Source: Sphyrna mokarran | Lineage: Eukaryota | Direction: 5' to 3' | Length of the DNA: 64,000 bases | Assembly: GCA_024679065.1 (NCBI GenBank) | Contig: JAGIQG010000009.1 | Coordinates: forward strand, 102,610,001 to 102,674,000 | Shown here: piece after piece, positions 25,299 through 38,046 of the stretch | How positions within the stretch are numbered: position 1 is the stretch's first letter | Layout of the letters: each line of letters opens with the position of its first letter | Position numbers and translations under genes: made by a program | The notes under the pieces: model-generated | Databases searched by the model: none | What the model was told of the DNA's origin: nothing | The model's input: only the letters and a program-made list of their open reading frames with translations

Positions 25299-25467
25299 GA
25301 CACCTGAACTCATTACACACGAATGACTCAATGATCACAAGTGCAGGAAGAAGAAATCTCCCTAATACTAATTCTTGATCAGTTGCCTTCTCCAGAGGCA
25401 CTCTTGGAGAGAGACAGGTGTGGGTTTGTGCATATACATGTGTGACCAATGCTTTATTCATTCACAG

Positions 25468-25554
25468 TGTGCCACGAAATTTTCAATGTCGTAACGTCGG
25501 TGGAAGATATCATTGCAATGTCTATTCTGTTTGCTGAAGTACTGGGACAAACTG
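25468..25554 (+). CDS. Candidate extra or cryptic exon, paralogous to the TM4 exon (xCHEIFNVVTSVEDIIAMSILFAEVLGQT)
   Basis: TTCACAG| acceptor and G|GTGAGT donor, open phase 1-1 frame; aligns to 31349-31444. Confidence 0.45.
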
Positions 25555-25824
25555 GTGAGTTCCAATGATACAGTTATGATGAACAAATCGTCTCTGAAAG
25601 TGACATTTGATTTGATTTATTATTATCATATGAATTAATATACAGTGAAAAGTATTGCTTCTTGCACATTATACAGACAAAGCATACCATTCGCAGAGAA
25701 AGAAGTGAGAGAATACAGAATGTAGTGTTACAGTTATAGCTATGGTGTAGAGGAATATCAACTTAATGCAAGGTCGACCCATTCAAAAGTTTGATGGCAA
25801 CGAGGAAGAAGCTGTTCTTGAGTC

Positions 25825-26914
25825 AGACAGTTACACTGATTCACTCGCCTGGGTCCCCCGCTGGCAGCAGCAATCCCGGTATATTTACTGTGGGAGTTTA
25901 AAGACGGCACTTTCCCCCACCTGGCCACTCTCCTACCTTCTGCTGTCCCTGCAGCCAGGCCTGATTAGGCCCCACATTCCAGAGAGTGCAGAGGAGGTTT
26001 ACCAGGATGCTGCCTGGTATGGAAGGTCTGAGTTACGAGGTGAGGTTAGGCAAATTGGGGCTGCTTTCCTTAGAAAGACGTAGACTTAGAGGAGATCTCT
26101 TAGAGGTGTACAAGATTATGAGGGATATAGATAGAGTAAACAGGGTTGAGCTCTTTCCTAGGATGGACTCGAATAGCACGAGGGGTCACAGGCTTAGGGT
26201 GAGGAGGGTAAGATATAATTTGGATGCTAGAGGGAGTTTTTTCACACAGAGGGTGGTGGGGGTGTGGAATGCGCTGCCAAGTGAAGTGGTGGAGGCAGGT
26301 ACTCTGGAGTTATTTAAGAAATACTTAGATGTGCGCATGAACAGAATGGGAATGGAGGGGTATAGAAAACTGATTTAAAATAGGGATCATGAGCCTTGGG
26401 AGTCCCTGGGAAGTGTGTAAATAGATGATGATATTGATGCACTTGTTTTTATCCTACAGGTGCTTTGGTCCACCTTGTTGTCTAACAAGGGGCATACACG
26501 CGATGGGTCATGAGAGGGCTGCTCTTGGATTTCTTTTTTCGAGAGTATCCTAGTGCTTCACATCATTAGTGTACACTTGACCTGGACCATTTGATGGGCA
26601 ACAGGACAGTTCAGTGACTATCGCTGTGCTATGCAGATACATGGATTTGGGTCTGTGTCTGTGGGAGTTTGCGCATTCTCCCCGTGCTTGTGTGGGTTTT
26701 CTCCGAGTGCTCCGGTTTCCTCCCACATCCCAAAGATGTGCTCTTAGGCTAATTGGCAAAACAAATTCTCCTTAAATTGTCTCAAATTTGGTTTTTAATC
26801 CATAGATCTATAAACATAGACAGGGATTGCGGGTAGATGTGGGAACATCGGGGTGACGGCGTGGGCTCGTTGAGCCGAAGGGCCTGTTTCCTGTGCTGTT
26901 TTGTTCTTTGTTCT
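25825..26914 (+). mobile_element. CR1-family LINE 3' portion with an unusually long (~540 nt) composite 3' UTR
   Basis: ORF2 C-terminus 25981-26378 (ERRRLRGDL), then the structured cassette and V-domain, then a CR1-type tail with (TTCTTTG)n; TSD-like TTGAGTC at 25818-25824 and 26915-26921 inside a Rex1 relic. Confidence 0.85.
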
Positions 26915-28766
26915 TTGAGTCTTTTGGTACATGATCTCAGAATTTTGTATCTTTTTCCTGATGGAAGAAGGTGGAAGAGAGAACGTCTGAGATACATGGC
27001 ATCCTGGGCTGCTTTGCCGAGGCAGTGGGAAGTGTGACAGAGTCAATGGATGGGAGGCTGGTTTGCGTGATGGATTGGGCTACATTCATAACCTTTTATA
27101 ATTTCTCGTGGTCTCGGGCAGAAAAAGAGCCATACCAAGCTGTGATACAACCAGAAAGAATGCCTTCTAAGATGCATCTGTAAAGTTGGAGTTGTAGCTG
27201 ACATGCCAAATTTCCTTAGTCTTCTGAGAAAGTAGAGGTGTAGGTGGACGTAGGTGAGAAGGAAAAGAGAGGTGCAGAATTAGTATTACAGTCATAGCTA
27301 GTGTTTAGAGAAAAATCAACTTATAAGGTGATTTTTTTTTTTGAATGAATATAACTCCTATCAAAAGTCTGATGGCAACAGGAAAGAAGATGGTCTTGAT
27401 CCAGTTGGCATGTGATCTCAGACTTCTGGATCTTTTTTCCAATGGAAGGAGGTGAAAGAGAGTATGTCCAGAGTGTATTGGGTCTTTGAATATGCTGCAA
27501 CTTTTCCAAGGAGTGGGAAGTGTAGACGGAATTGATGCATGGGAGGCTGGTTTGAGTGATGGAGCCTTACCAAGCTATGCTACATCCAGAAAGAATGCTT
27601 TTTATGGTGCCTCTGTGAATGTTAGCGAGAGTCGTAGTGGGCGTGCCGAATTTCCTTAGCGTCCTGAGAAAGTGGAGGCGTTGGTGGGCTTTCTTAACTG
27701 TAACGTCAGCATGAAGGACTAAGACTGGTTGTTAGTGATCTGAATGTTTAGAAAATGAAGCTGTCAACCAGTTCCACATCATCCCGTGGGGAGCAGTGCA
27801 AGTAGGAGGGTCAATAATAGTCATCAATTTGAAGGTTACCTCTTTAAACTTGCTAATGAGCTAGGAGAGAAGACAGCAAAAATTTCTTGATGTTGAGTGT
27901 TTGCACACAGATTACTCTGTCACATGGAGCAATTGTTCTTTCAAATTCATTCATTCATGAGATGTGAGTGTTGCTGGCTAGGCCAGTGATTATTGCCCTA
28001 TTTGTCTATGTGAAGGTAGCAGTGAGCTGCCTTCTTGAACCAGTGCAATTCATGAGGTGAAAGGACTCTGACAATGCTGGTAGGCAGGAAGTTGTGGTGA
28101 TGGCGGATGTAGTTTTTAAAAATTTATTCAGTCTTAGAACATGGGCGTCACTGGTTGGCCAACATTTATTGTCCATCCCTAGTTGCCTGAGGGCATTTGA
28201 GAGTCAACCACATTGCTGTGGCACTGTAAGCCAGACCAGATGGTAGATTTCCTTCCCAAAAGGACATTAGTGAACCAGTTGGGTTTTCTTGATAATGGTC
28301 ATTAATAGGTTCTTAATTCTGGATTTTTTTATTGAATTCAAATTTCACCATCTGCCATGGCAGGATTCGAACACAGGTCACCAGGGCATTAGCTGAGTTT
28401 CTGGATTAACAGTCTAGTGACAATGCCACTCGGCCATCACCTGCTTTATGAGCGGATGATGATGTATTTCGAGTCAGAAAGTTGTAGGACTTTGAGGGGA
28501 ACTCGAAGCTGGTGAAGTGCCCTTTTTCCTGAGGCAGTGAGAGTTAAGATAAAAATGGGGAGGCGGTGAAGCAGTGAAACTTAATTTAGAATTACTCTTG
28601 CAAATTACTGGATGGACTTAACGAGTCAAATAATGCCTTCTCTGCTCGTAAACATATGTAAGTCTATCAATGAGCAATTTCATGAAGGAATGTGTAATTT
28701 TCATTTGTATTCATTTTTTAGCTAATCAGCGTATGTAATTTTATTCACCTTTTGTTCTTTACTTAG

Positions 28767-28886
28767 GACCTTCTGGAAGTGCTGTGATTCTGTTAGTGCT
28801 TTTATTCTTGCATCTAATAATAACCATATTTTCTGCCTTTAATATGGTGACCTGTGAGACATTGCATGAGATCTTGTCAACCAAAC
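28767..28886 (+). CDS. Ig-5TM gene exon 6: TM3 (GPSGSAVILLVLLFLHLIITIFSAFNMVTCETLHEILSTK)
   Basis: Polypyrimidine tract with TTAG| acceptor and C|GTAAGT donor, phase 1-1; too short for the ORF track. Confidence 0.8.
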
Positions 28887-31348
28887 GTAAGTTCAGATAA
28901 TAGTTATATTGTTATGAATATAACTCCTGTCAAAATCTTTCCTGATATTAAACCCCTTAATTAAACTGCCACTTTGCAATCTCTGCTTCCTTTAAAAAAT
29001 CCCATTAATCTCATCCTGTGAGTCAACTCTCATTTTAATGCTTTCTCTTTAAGCCCTGCCATTGATATGCAGTTGGCACTTTGCCTCCCAAAGCAAATGA
29101 TGTGTTGGTGGATACGTTAATGACCTTGTCATTGAGCAAAGTTTCCTTTGTCCCATTCTATTGCTGTAATCCAAAGATGTGCGGGTAGATGTGATGTGAT
29201 CAAAGATGTGATTGACCATGCTTAATTGCCTCTTATTGACATGGTAAATACCATGATTGTGGGGATTGGGCCTGGTGGGATTGTTGTTAGTGCAGGCTCG
29301 ATGGGCCAAATAGCCTCCTTCTGACTGTAGGAAATCTATGATTCTATAATAATTTGACTGGATTTAATGTGTTAGGGCATGGTTTGTGAATAAGATGCAC
29401 TATATTGATGTGCAGTAGTACAGTGGTTAATACTACCATCTCACAGCGCCAGGACCTGGGTACAATTTCGGTCTTGGGTCACTGTGTGGAGTCTGCACAT
29501 TCTTCCTGTGTCTGCGGGGGTTTCCTCTGGGTGCTCTGGTTTCCTCCTTTACTGGTGAATTAGACTGATAGTGCTGTTCGTTGAGTTGGATGAACCAGCT
29601 TGCGTTTATAAAGGCAATTTCACAACATCAGGCACTTCACAGCCAAGGGTGACTTTTTTAAAGAACAATCATTGGTTAAAGTAGAAGACCACAATAGTGA
29701 AATTAGATATGAAGTGGTCCAACAAGCATCATTGAGCTGGTTAACTGGGTCATATTTTAGAAGTCAATATTAACCTTAAAATAACACAGTTATAATTCCC
29801 GCTCGGATACATTCATCTGAGTGGGAATAAGAAACCTCAGTTGAACATCTTGGCTGGAATTCTGGGGTAGCACGATGTCACAGTGGTTAGCACTGTTGCC
29901 TCATAGCACCAGGGACCCGGGTTCGATTCCGGCCTCAGTCACTGTCCGTGTGGAGTTTGCATGTTCTCCCTGTGTCTGAGTGGGTTTCCTCTGGGTGCTC
30001 CAGTTTCCTCCCACACTCCAAAGTTTTGCGGGTTAGGTGGACTGGCCATGTTAAAGTGCCTGTTAGCGTCAGGGGGACTAGCTAGGATAAATGCATGGGG
30101 ATATGAGGATAGGGTCTGGGTAGAATTGTGGTCGGTGCAAACTCAATGGGCCAGATGGCTTCCATTACACCTTGGAATTCTATGATTTTCCTTTCCCACC
30201 CGCCATGGGAATTGGAGCAGGTGAGGATGGACGATGGAAAGGTCTGTTGATCTTGCAGAATTTCACGGTTTCAGGACAAGTAAGGTTGCAAAACCCCACC
30301 CATTATCCTAAAGATAGCACCCCCAACATGTAGCACACTCTCTCAGTACTTCACTGAGCTGATTGTGTATCCGAGACACTGAAGTGGGTCCTGGACCTCG
30401 GGTCTCCTTCCTAACTTTGTGTTTCACATTTCTCTCGTTGGGATTAGTTGATCGCTGGGACACAGCAAAAAGAGGAGAATGAGGAAGAGAGAAAGATCAC
30501 CTTATTTTCTGTCTGGCAAATCACATGATCTGTCTCAGAGGCACACAGTCTTCTCCACCCAATTTTCCTACATTCGTTGCAATTGAATGGTCAATACAAA
30601 GAGCGAAGAAAATTACAGTACAGGGACAGACCCTTTGGCTCTTCAAGCCTATACCAACCATGCTACCTGACTGAACTAAAACCCCCCTCCACCTCCTCCA
30701 GGGACCATATCCCTCCATTCGCATCCTATTCGTGTATTTGTCCAGATGCCCCTTAAAACTCACTATCTCCCCCGGCAGTGAGTTCCAGCAACCACCACCC
30801 TCTAGAAAGAAAAAAAACTTGCCTTTTATATCTCCTTTAAACCCTGCCCTTTGCACCCTAAACCCATTAACTCTTCCACCCTGGGAAAAATCTTCTGTCT
30901 GTGCTTCTCATAATCTGGTAGACTTTACCCCGCAAACTCTGTCATTCCAATGACAGCAAACCAATTTACTCCAAACTCTCATAGCTAGTGCCCTCCATAC
31001 CAGGCAACACTCTGGTAAATCTTTTCTGTACCCTCTCCAAAGGCTTTGCATCGTTCTGGTAGTGTCACATTGTAGGCACAGAAAAATCTTTCCTGTATTT
31101 TCCCCAATCAGTTGCAATTCCCAGCAATGCCGCTAGAGGCAGATGGAAGGAAAAGTCAGTGCAAAATTGTCAAATCTCATTAATAATATCGACACCATTA
31201 ATATAACAGTTCCACTTTAAAGTACTGAAGGCAAATTTGAACATGTTATTCTGGTATTCCTTTTGTTTTGAAGTTTAAATTTTCTTTTTCTTTTGGGAGC
31301 TGGGGATTCGTGTCCTGATCAAGCTTCTCCTGTCTGATTTGTTCCCAG

Positions 31349-31444
31349 GCTGCCGTGTCGTTTTTGGTTTAGTAGCTCCAGTGGGTGGGATCATCGGGAT
31401 ATGTGTGTCGAGTATCCTGATTACAGAAGTGATGAAACAAGCTG
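31349..31444 (+). CDS. Ig-5TM gene exon 7: TM4 (RCRVVFGLVAPVGGIIGICVSSILITEVMKQA)
   Basis: TTCCCAG| acceptor and G|GTGAGT donor, phase 1-1. Confidence 0.8.
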
Positions 31445-33506
31445 GTGAGTGTTCAGTGATGCTTTCAGAATTGAACTGACGAATTTAACATCCGGTCTGT
31501 CAGCGATTGGGAGAGCCTGGTCAATTTTGCTACAGTTTCATGTGAATCCTTCAAGCTTTTAAGTTCACTATGCTACCAAGTTGTTGCTCAACCGATTCAA
31601 ATCTAACGCAATTACCTTTGCTCCTTGTGGCCTTTCCTGCCTGGTTCAGAAAAACATTGAAGATAGAAGCAAGAGTAGGCCATTCAGCCCTTCAAGCCTG
31701 CTCCACCATTCATTATGGTTATGGCTGATGATCAGATTCCCTGATCACACCTTTCCCATATCCTTGATTGCTTTAGCCCCAAGAGCTGTATCTAATTTCT
31801 TCTTGTAATCACACAATATTTTGGCCTCAACTACTTTCTGTATTTCTTCAAATCCCCCCTAAATCTCCCACTTCTCACTTTTAACTTGTGTCCCCCTCGT
31901 AACTGACCTTTCAACTAAGGGGAACAGCTGCTCCCTATCCACCCAGTCCATGCCCCTCATAGTCTTGAACACCTCAATCAGGTTGTTCCTCAATCTTCTA
32001 GGCTCCAGAGAAAACAACCCAAGCCTTGATCCCTTTAATGCTAAGAGCTATATCCAATTCCTTCTTGAAATCACACAACATTTTGGCTTCAACTACTTTG
32101 TGTGGTAGTGAATTCCACACATTCACCATTCTCTGCATGAAGAAATTTTTCCTCACCTCAGACTTAAAAGGTTTACTCTTTATCCTCAAACTGTGATCCC
32201 CTAATTTTGGACTCCCTCATTTCCCTCAAGAGCTATAACTGATTTCAGCTTGAGATCGCACAATGTTTTGGCCCCACCTTCAAATGTTTACTCAATTTTC
32301 CATTGAGCTGCAATAGTTTATATCTCAGCCTTACCCTGTGGCAATGTACTTCCAGTTGTTTCATGATCATTGATAAAAACATTTCTGCTCATCTTTTATT
32401 TTCATCCTTGAGTGACTTTTTTGTGAGTTGGTAAACCATGTTTTACTAAAAGATCTGGTTTCCTTATTCATTCTATCAAACTCTTTAAAACCTCTGGAAT
32501 CTTTCGAATTTACGAGTTGCTGTGGCAGGCAAATACCTGATAAACAGGATGGCTGGGATTGGCACCTTTAATGCTTTTGCTACCCTGTACCTTGCGAACT
32601 TTCATGTTGCCAGATAATCATAACCACAATTTAAAGCCGGATCATTTCCTGATTTATGCTCTTGAGTCAGGAGTGTCAGGAGTGCTAATAGGGAATATCC
32701 TGGTATTTGGTAATAATGAAAGATATGTAAGAAATATCAAATCGACTGTAATAAGTCTTCGAGGTGGAAGTTCTTTCACCAAAAGTCCTTTATTTCCAAG
32801 GACTATATAGTATTATTTGATAACGCTGTAACACAGTAACACTATATAGATTGCTCTCAGTATGCAGTCTATCTCTGGAGGAAGCAGCACTCCTGTCTAA
32901 GTACAGAGCAAGGGGCTCCCTGACTAGACCAACAATTTGGCCCTTAATCGGGGGGTTCATATTCAAGCAGACTGACCTAAATTGCCTGATTATAATGGTC
33001 AGATCGAACATAACTCATGAGACAAGCTGAAAATTGTGAGCCAAGGACTTTTCCTTGGCAATGATCTAAAACGGGCAGCACAGTGGCACGGTGGTTTAGC
33101 ACTGCTACCTCTCTGCGCCAGGGACCCAGCTTCAATTCCCAGCTGGGGTCTGTGTGGAGTTAGCATGTTCTCCCTCTCCCTGCATCGGTTTTCTTTGGTT
33201 GCTCCGGTTTCCTCTCACTGTCCGAAAGACATGCTAGTTGGGTGGATTGGCCATGCTAAACTCTCCCTGAGTGCACCAGAACAAGTGCCAGAGTATGCCA
33301 ACTGGGGGATTTTCACAGTAATTTCTTTGCAGTGTTAATATAAGCCTAGTTGTGACACTAATAAATGCTAAGATGGGTACATTTACTTTTTCAATTGGCT
33401 TGTGTATTGCATCTGTTTATTATATTTGTTGTGAATGGATTGCACTGATTTCCCACCAATCTGTTCATTAGAACTACATTTCAGCTATTTATCCCTCTGT
33501 TACCAG

Positions 33507-33608
33507 GTGAAGAATGTGAACCAGCAGCCCACTTACAATCAACAATAATCTGTGCCGTGATAGTGACATTCGTTATTCTTGGTGTAACCTTTCAGCTCTA
33601 CAAATTAT
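33507..33608 (+). CDS. Ig-5TM gene exon 8: loop and TM5 (GEECEPAAHLQSTIICAVIVTFVILGVTFQLYKL)
   Basis: TACCAG| acceptor and T|GTAAGC donor, phase 1-1. Confidence 0.8.
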
Positions 33609-36425
33609 GTAAGCAATAATGACAGACATCGTTTAAAATCTACTATAAAGGACAATGTGCTTTGAACAGAAACCTTGACTGCGTTTTGCACATGACATGG
33701 TGCAGTAGTTTGCACAGCTGCCTCTTAGCACCAGGGACCCTGGTTCAATTCCCTCTGTGTGGAGTCTGCTTGTTCTCCCCATGTATGTGTGGGCTTCCTC
33801 CAGGTGATCTGGCCTCCTCCCACAGTCCGATGTGTTAGTTAAGTGCATTAGTCATGCTAAATTCTCCTCCAGTGTACCAGAAAGGTATTGGAGAGTGACG
33901 ACTAGAGGATTTTCTTCATTGCATTTCAAGAATGCATTTTGCATTTTTTGGTACTATTTTGTTAACCACTCAGTGCCTCTGTCTCCGAGTAAGCATCCTC
34001 TACATCTACATGATTAGGAGTTCATCTTTCATGGTGGCAGAGTAGTTAGCACTACTGCCTCACAGCACCAGGTTCGATTTCCGACTTGGGTCACTGTCCA
34101 TGTGAAGTCTGCATGTTCTCCCCATGTCTGCATGGGTTTCTTCTGGGTACTCCCTCCAGTCTCATCACACAGTCTGAAAGGTGTGCTGGTTAGGTACGTT
34201 ACCATGCTCAATTCTCCTTCTGTGTACCTGATCAGGCAACAGAGTGTAGCAACTAGGGTTTTTCACAGTAGCTTCATTGCAGCATTAATGTAAACCTACT
34301 TGTGGCGCTAATAAATAAACTTTCAAAACTTAAATGATAAAGATAACATCTTGCCTTAAATTAACAACAGTAATAGGTTAACAAATTCATCCCGTTTTGG
34401 GATGAACTCATTTGAATGACTGTAGATTGAGAGAGAGGAACATTCAACAGGACCTGGTGTCCTCGTACACCAGACAAAAGTAAGTGGGAGGATATATGTT
34501 AATGTATCAAATGTTGAGACTGTCATTAAAGCAAACAGAGAATGTTGGAAAAGGTCAACCAGTCTGGCAAAAAATTCTGAGGAAGAAGGTGGAGGCTTTG
34601 ATGGAATCATTTGGACTCAAAATGTTTCTCTCCCCACAGATGGTGCCAGGCCTATTGTGTTTTTCCAGGATTTTCCATTTTACAGATTTCTAGCATCTGA
34701 AGTATTTTGGTTTTATTCATACTGTCAATTTCCATTTGTAAATGACCAAGTCTTAAGGAGTCCTGATGCATTGCAGGGTTAGGGCCACTGCACACAGAGA
34801 AACCATCCCCTGTCCTTCTGCACTGAGCACAATGTTGAGATGATTTGATTAGTTGAGCTCTAGCCTGTTCTTGCAACATTCAGAACATAGTTTCCAACAT
34901 TAGATGTGACTCCATGATTGGATAGCATTTACTGAACAATACTAAACATGCCAAGATATTTTCGTGTGTGAAAGCTATTTCAGAACCCTGCTCAAGTTTT
35001 CTCTGCTCTGTTGCCCGAGAAAACATTTCAGCTGGAATTAAGCCTGACAGTAAAGTTTGGTGTGTGACAAAATGGTTTCAATCTGATCCAAACTTGGGGA
35101 TCCCACGCCTGGGATTCGTACATGTCAAAGGGTGTATGGGAGCACAGAGAGAGACTGGAATTGCTAGAGTTATTTCTACTGGAACAATGAAGGCTAAGAG
35201 GTTTTTCAAATTGGTTTTGGTAGTGAATGGGCAACATTAGGAAGTTTGTGATAACTCATCTCTTTAAAATCATTGCAAGGGTGAGATGAAGGTGAGATGT
35301 GGCATGGTGGCACAATGGTTAGCACTGCTGCCTCATAGCTACAGGGACCAGTGTTTGATCCCCGGCTTGGGGCATGTCTGTATGGAGTTTGCACATTCTC
35401 CCCCTATCTCTGTGGGCTTCCTCTGAGTGCTCCAGTTTCATCCCATGCTCCAAAGGTTAGGTACATTAGTTTCCCTTAGTGACCCAGGATGCATAGATTA
35501 AAGGGATTAGCAGGAGTTACGGGGGATTGGACGTAGGTAGGATTGTTGTCAGTGCATTCTTGAAGGCCGAATGGCCTCCTCCTGCACTTGAAGGTTTCTG
35601 TGAATTTTATATGAACTATTGAAGCATCAAAGAGTGGTTGAGGTGGGTTGCTGTGGATCTGGAGTTACATGTGGGGTAGGCAAGTGTCTAATAAAAGACA
35701 TTAGTGAATTAAATGGGCTCTGAAACAATGGTTTTATGGCCATCATTAGATTTTTTATTCCAGGTTTTTACTATATTCAACTTTCACCATCAGTCTTGAT
35801 CCTACTAATTCGGTGACAATACCACTGGGCCACTGTGTCTTTTATAAATTGTCGCTCCCTTTGAAACTTGGTATTCTGGCATTTGTCCCGCTGTGTGCAA
35901 GACAAAAAAACTAGGCAGAGTGCTCTCCTTTTTCTAAACAACAGAAAAGGATATTTGTGAGTCAGGCTGTTTTTTTTAATAACAATCAATGATAGTTTTT
36001 ATGGTCAGCATCGCTAGGATTTATTTTTAACTCCAGATTTATCAATGAGTTGAATTTAAGTTCCATCACATGCTGTGATGGGATTTGAACCCATGTCCCA
36101 GCTAGGGCATCTGGATTATCAGTCACATGACACTACCGTTGTGCCACCATCAGCCATATTCTCAATTGATTCGAGGCTGGATGACCCAATAACTGCACCG
36201 ACATCTGTAAGTGTGGGCAGGAGCATTTGGTAGGTAATGCCCCCAAAGGATTTTATATGTCTCCCCTCATCCTTCACATCATGCAATCGGACAGCATAAA
36301 ATCCAATCTGTGGTGCCTGAGGCAAAAACCTGTGCACTGTTTCAGATCAGCCAGTTATTGAAAACTTTTGTCCAATTCATTTTTGCATTGATATAATTCC
36401 TTGCATCTTTGCATCACAAACACAG

Positions 36426-36506
36426 GTTGGAAAAGACAGATAAGTGGAACTTCATCTGAAAATACCTACACAAAAGTAAAAAGCTCTGGTAAGAGTCAAC
36501 ATAGTG
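36426..36506 (+). CDS. Ig-5TM gene exon 9: cytoplasmic tail (CWKRQISGTSSENTYTKVKSSGKSQHS)
   Basis: CACAG| acceptor; phase-1 donors after 36488 (GTAAGA) or 36506 (GTAAGT); basic juxtamembrane KR and a YxxV motif. Confidence 0.6.
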
Positions 36507-38046
36507 GTAAGTATTGGAATCGAATACAAATATTTAGTAAGAAATACAGCTGCTATCCTGACCTTTTCTATAATGGGATGTCCCTGCCATTATTGTGGTG
36601 GGAATGGAAGATTTTATTTCATTTTCCAGTTTTGAGGTTTTTAAGTTTATGGGACATGGATATTGCTGGCTAGCCAGCATTTACCCTCCCTAGTTGCCCG
36701 AGCTCAATTGAGAGTCAATCACATTGCTGTGGTCAGGTCAGCCCAGGTCAGCTCGGCAGATTTCCTTTTCTAAAGGACACTAGTGAACCAGCTGGGTTTT
36801 TCTGACAATCGACAATGGTTTTATGGCCATCAGTAGGTTCTTAATTCTGGATTTTTTTTTTATTGAATTCAAATTCTACCATCTACTGTGGCAGGTTACA
36901 AACATAGGTCTCCAGAACATTAGCTGAGTTTCTGGATTAATAATCTGGCATTAATACCACTGAGCCATCTCCTCCTCATAAGTGGAAAAGACTCCAGTAT
37001 TTTAGGACAGCGTGGTGGCACAGTGATTAGCACTGCTGCCTCGCAGTGCCAGGGACCCACGTTCAATTCCGGTCTTGAGTGACAGTCGGTGAGCAGTTTG
37101 CACGTTTGCCCTGTTTCTGTGTGGGTTTCTTCTGAGTGCCCTGGTTTTTTTCCCACAGTCTGAAAGATGTACAGGTTAGATGGATTGGCCATACTCAATT
37201 GTCCCTTAGTGACAAAATTTGTGTAAGTTAGGGAGATTAGTGGGGTAAGTACAGAGGGATGAATTTTTTTTTCGCCCATCATGGGAATCATAGCAGGCGA
37301 AGGGGTGGTCCATGGCGGTCCACTAACTTTCGGTGGGATTTTCCGATTTTGGGGTGAGGTGAGCATGGCTGAAAAATCCCATCCGTGGGGTTAAGGGGAT
37401 AGGGCCTGGGTGGGATGCTCTGTCAGAATGTGGGAGCATCTCACCAGGTCCACTGCCTGCTCTATTCCCATAGTACCACATACTTACCCTGCTAATCCCT
37501 CCCAAGCTATACATCTTGGGATACTAAGGGAGCAATTCAGCGTGGCCAATCCACCTAACCTGCACATCTTTCAACTATGGGAGGAAACTGGAGCATGAGG
37601 TGGGGGGGTAACCCCCACAGATATGGGGATAACGTGCAGACTCCGCACAGTCATCGAAGGTTGGAATTGAACCCAGGTCTCTGGTGCTATACGACAGCAG
37701 TGCTAATCTCTGTTTCTGTCTTTGAAAAGAAGTCTTGACTAATTAAACTGGTGGTTGAGGCAGCTTCTCTCACAACATTTAAGAAGGATCTGGAAGAGAA
37801 CTTAAATCGCACGAGATTAGGACAGGTTGGTGTTTGATGATCAACGTAGACTTGTTGGGACAAATAACCCAATTCTGTGCTGTATGACTCAATGGTTCAT
37901 GTATTAAAGGAAAAAGCTTGATTTAATGCTTTGCTCAAAAAGAAAGGTCAAATCAAATACAAATGAAGAAGTGTCGACTTTACATTTTTGCATGTTTGAA
38001 TAAAATATGCCTGCTTATCTTTAAATTCACTTTTGTCTTACTTTAG

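Noticed and set aside
26455-26600. Cassette as an HDV-like, twister or hammerhead ribozyme, or an HCV-type IRES
   Set aside because: I could not fit the catalytic core or pseudoknot consensus of any of these by eye; left as an unknown structure.
29865-29945. tRNA genes at SINE heads
   Set aside because: A/B-box sequences run directly into the V-domain, so they are SINE heads rather than tRNA genes.
36456-36480. ITSM or ITIM in the cytoplasmic tail (ENTYTKV)
   Set aside because: The Y-2 residue is Asn, which fits neither TxYxxV/I nor (S/I/V/L)xYxx(I/V/L); only a generic YxxV.
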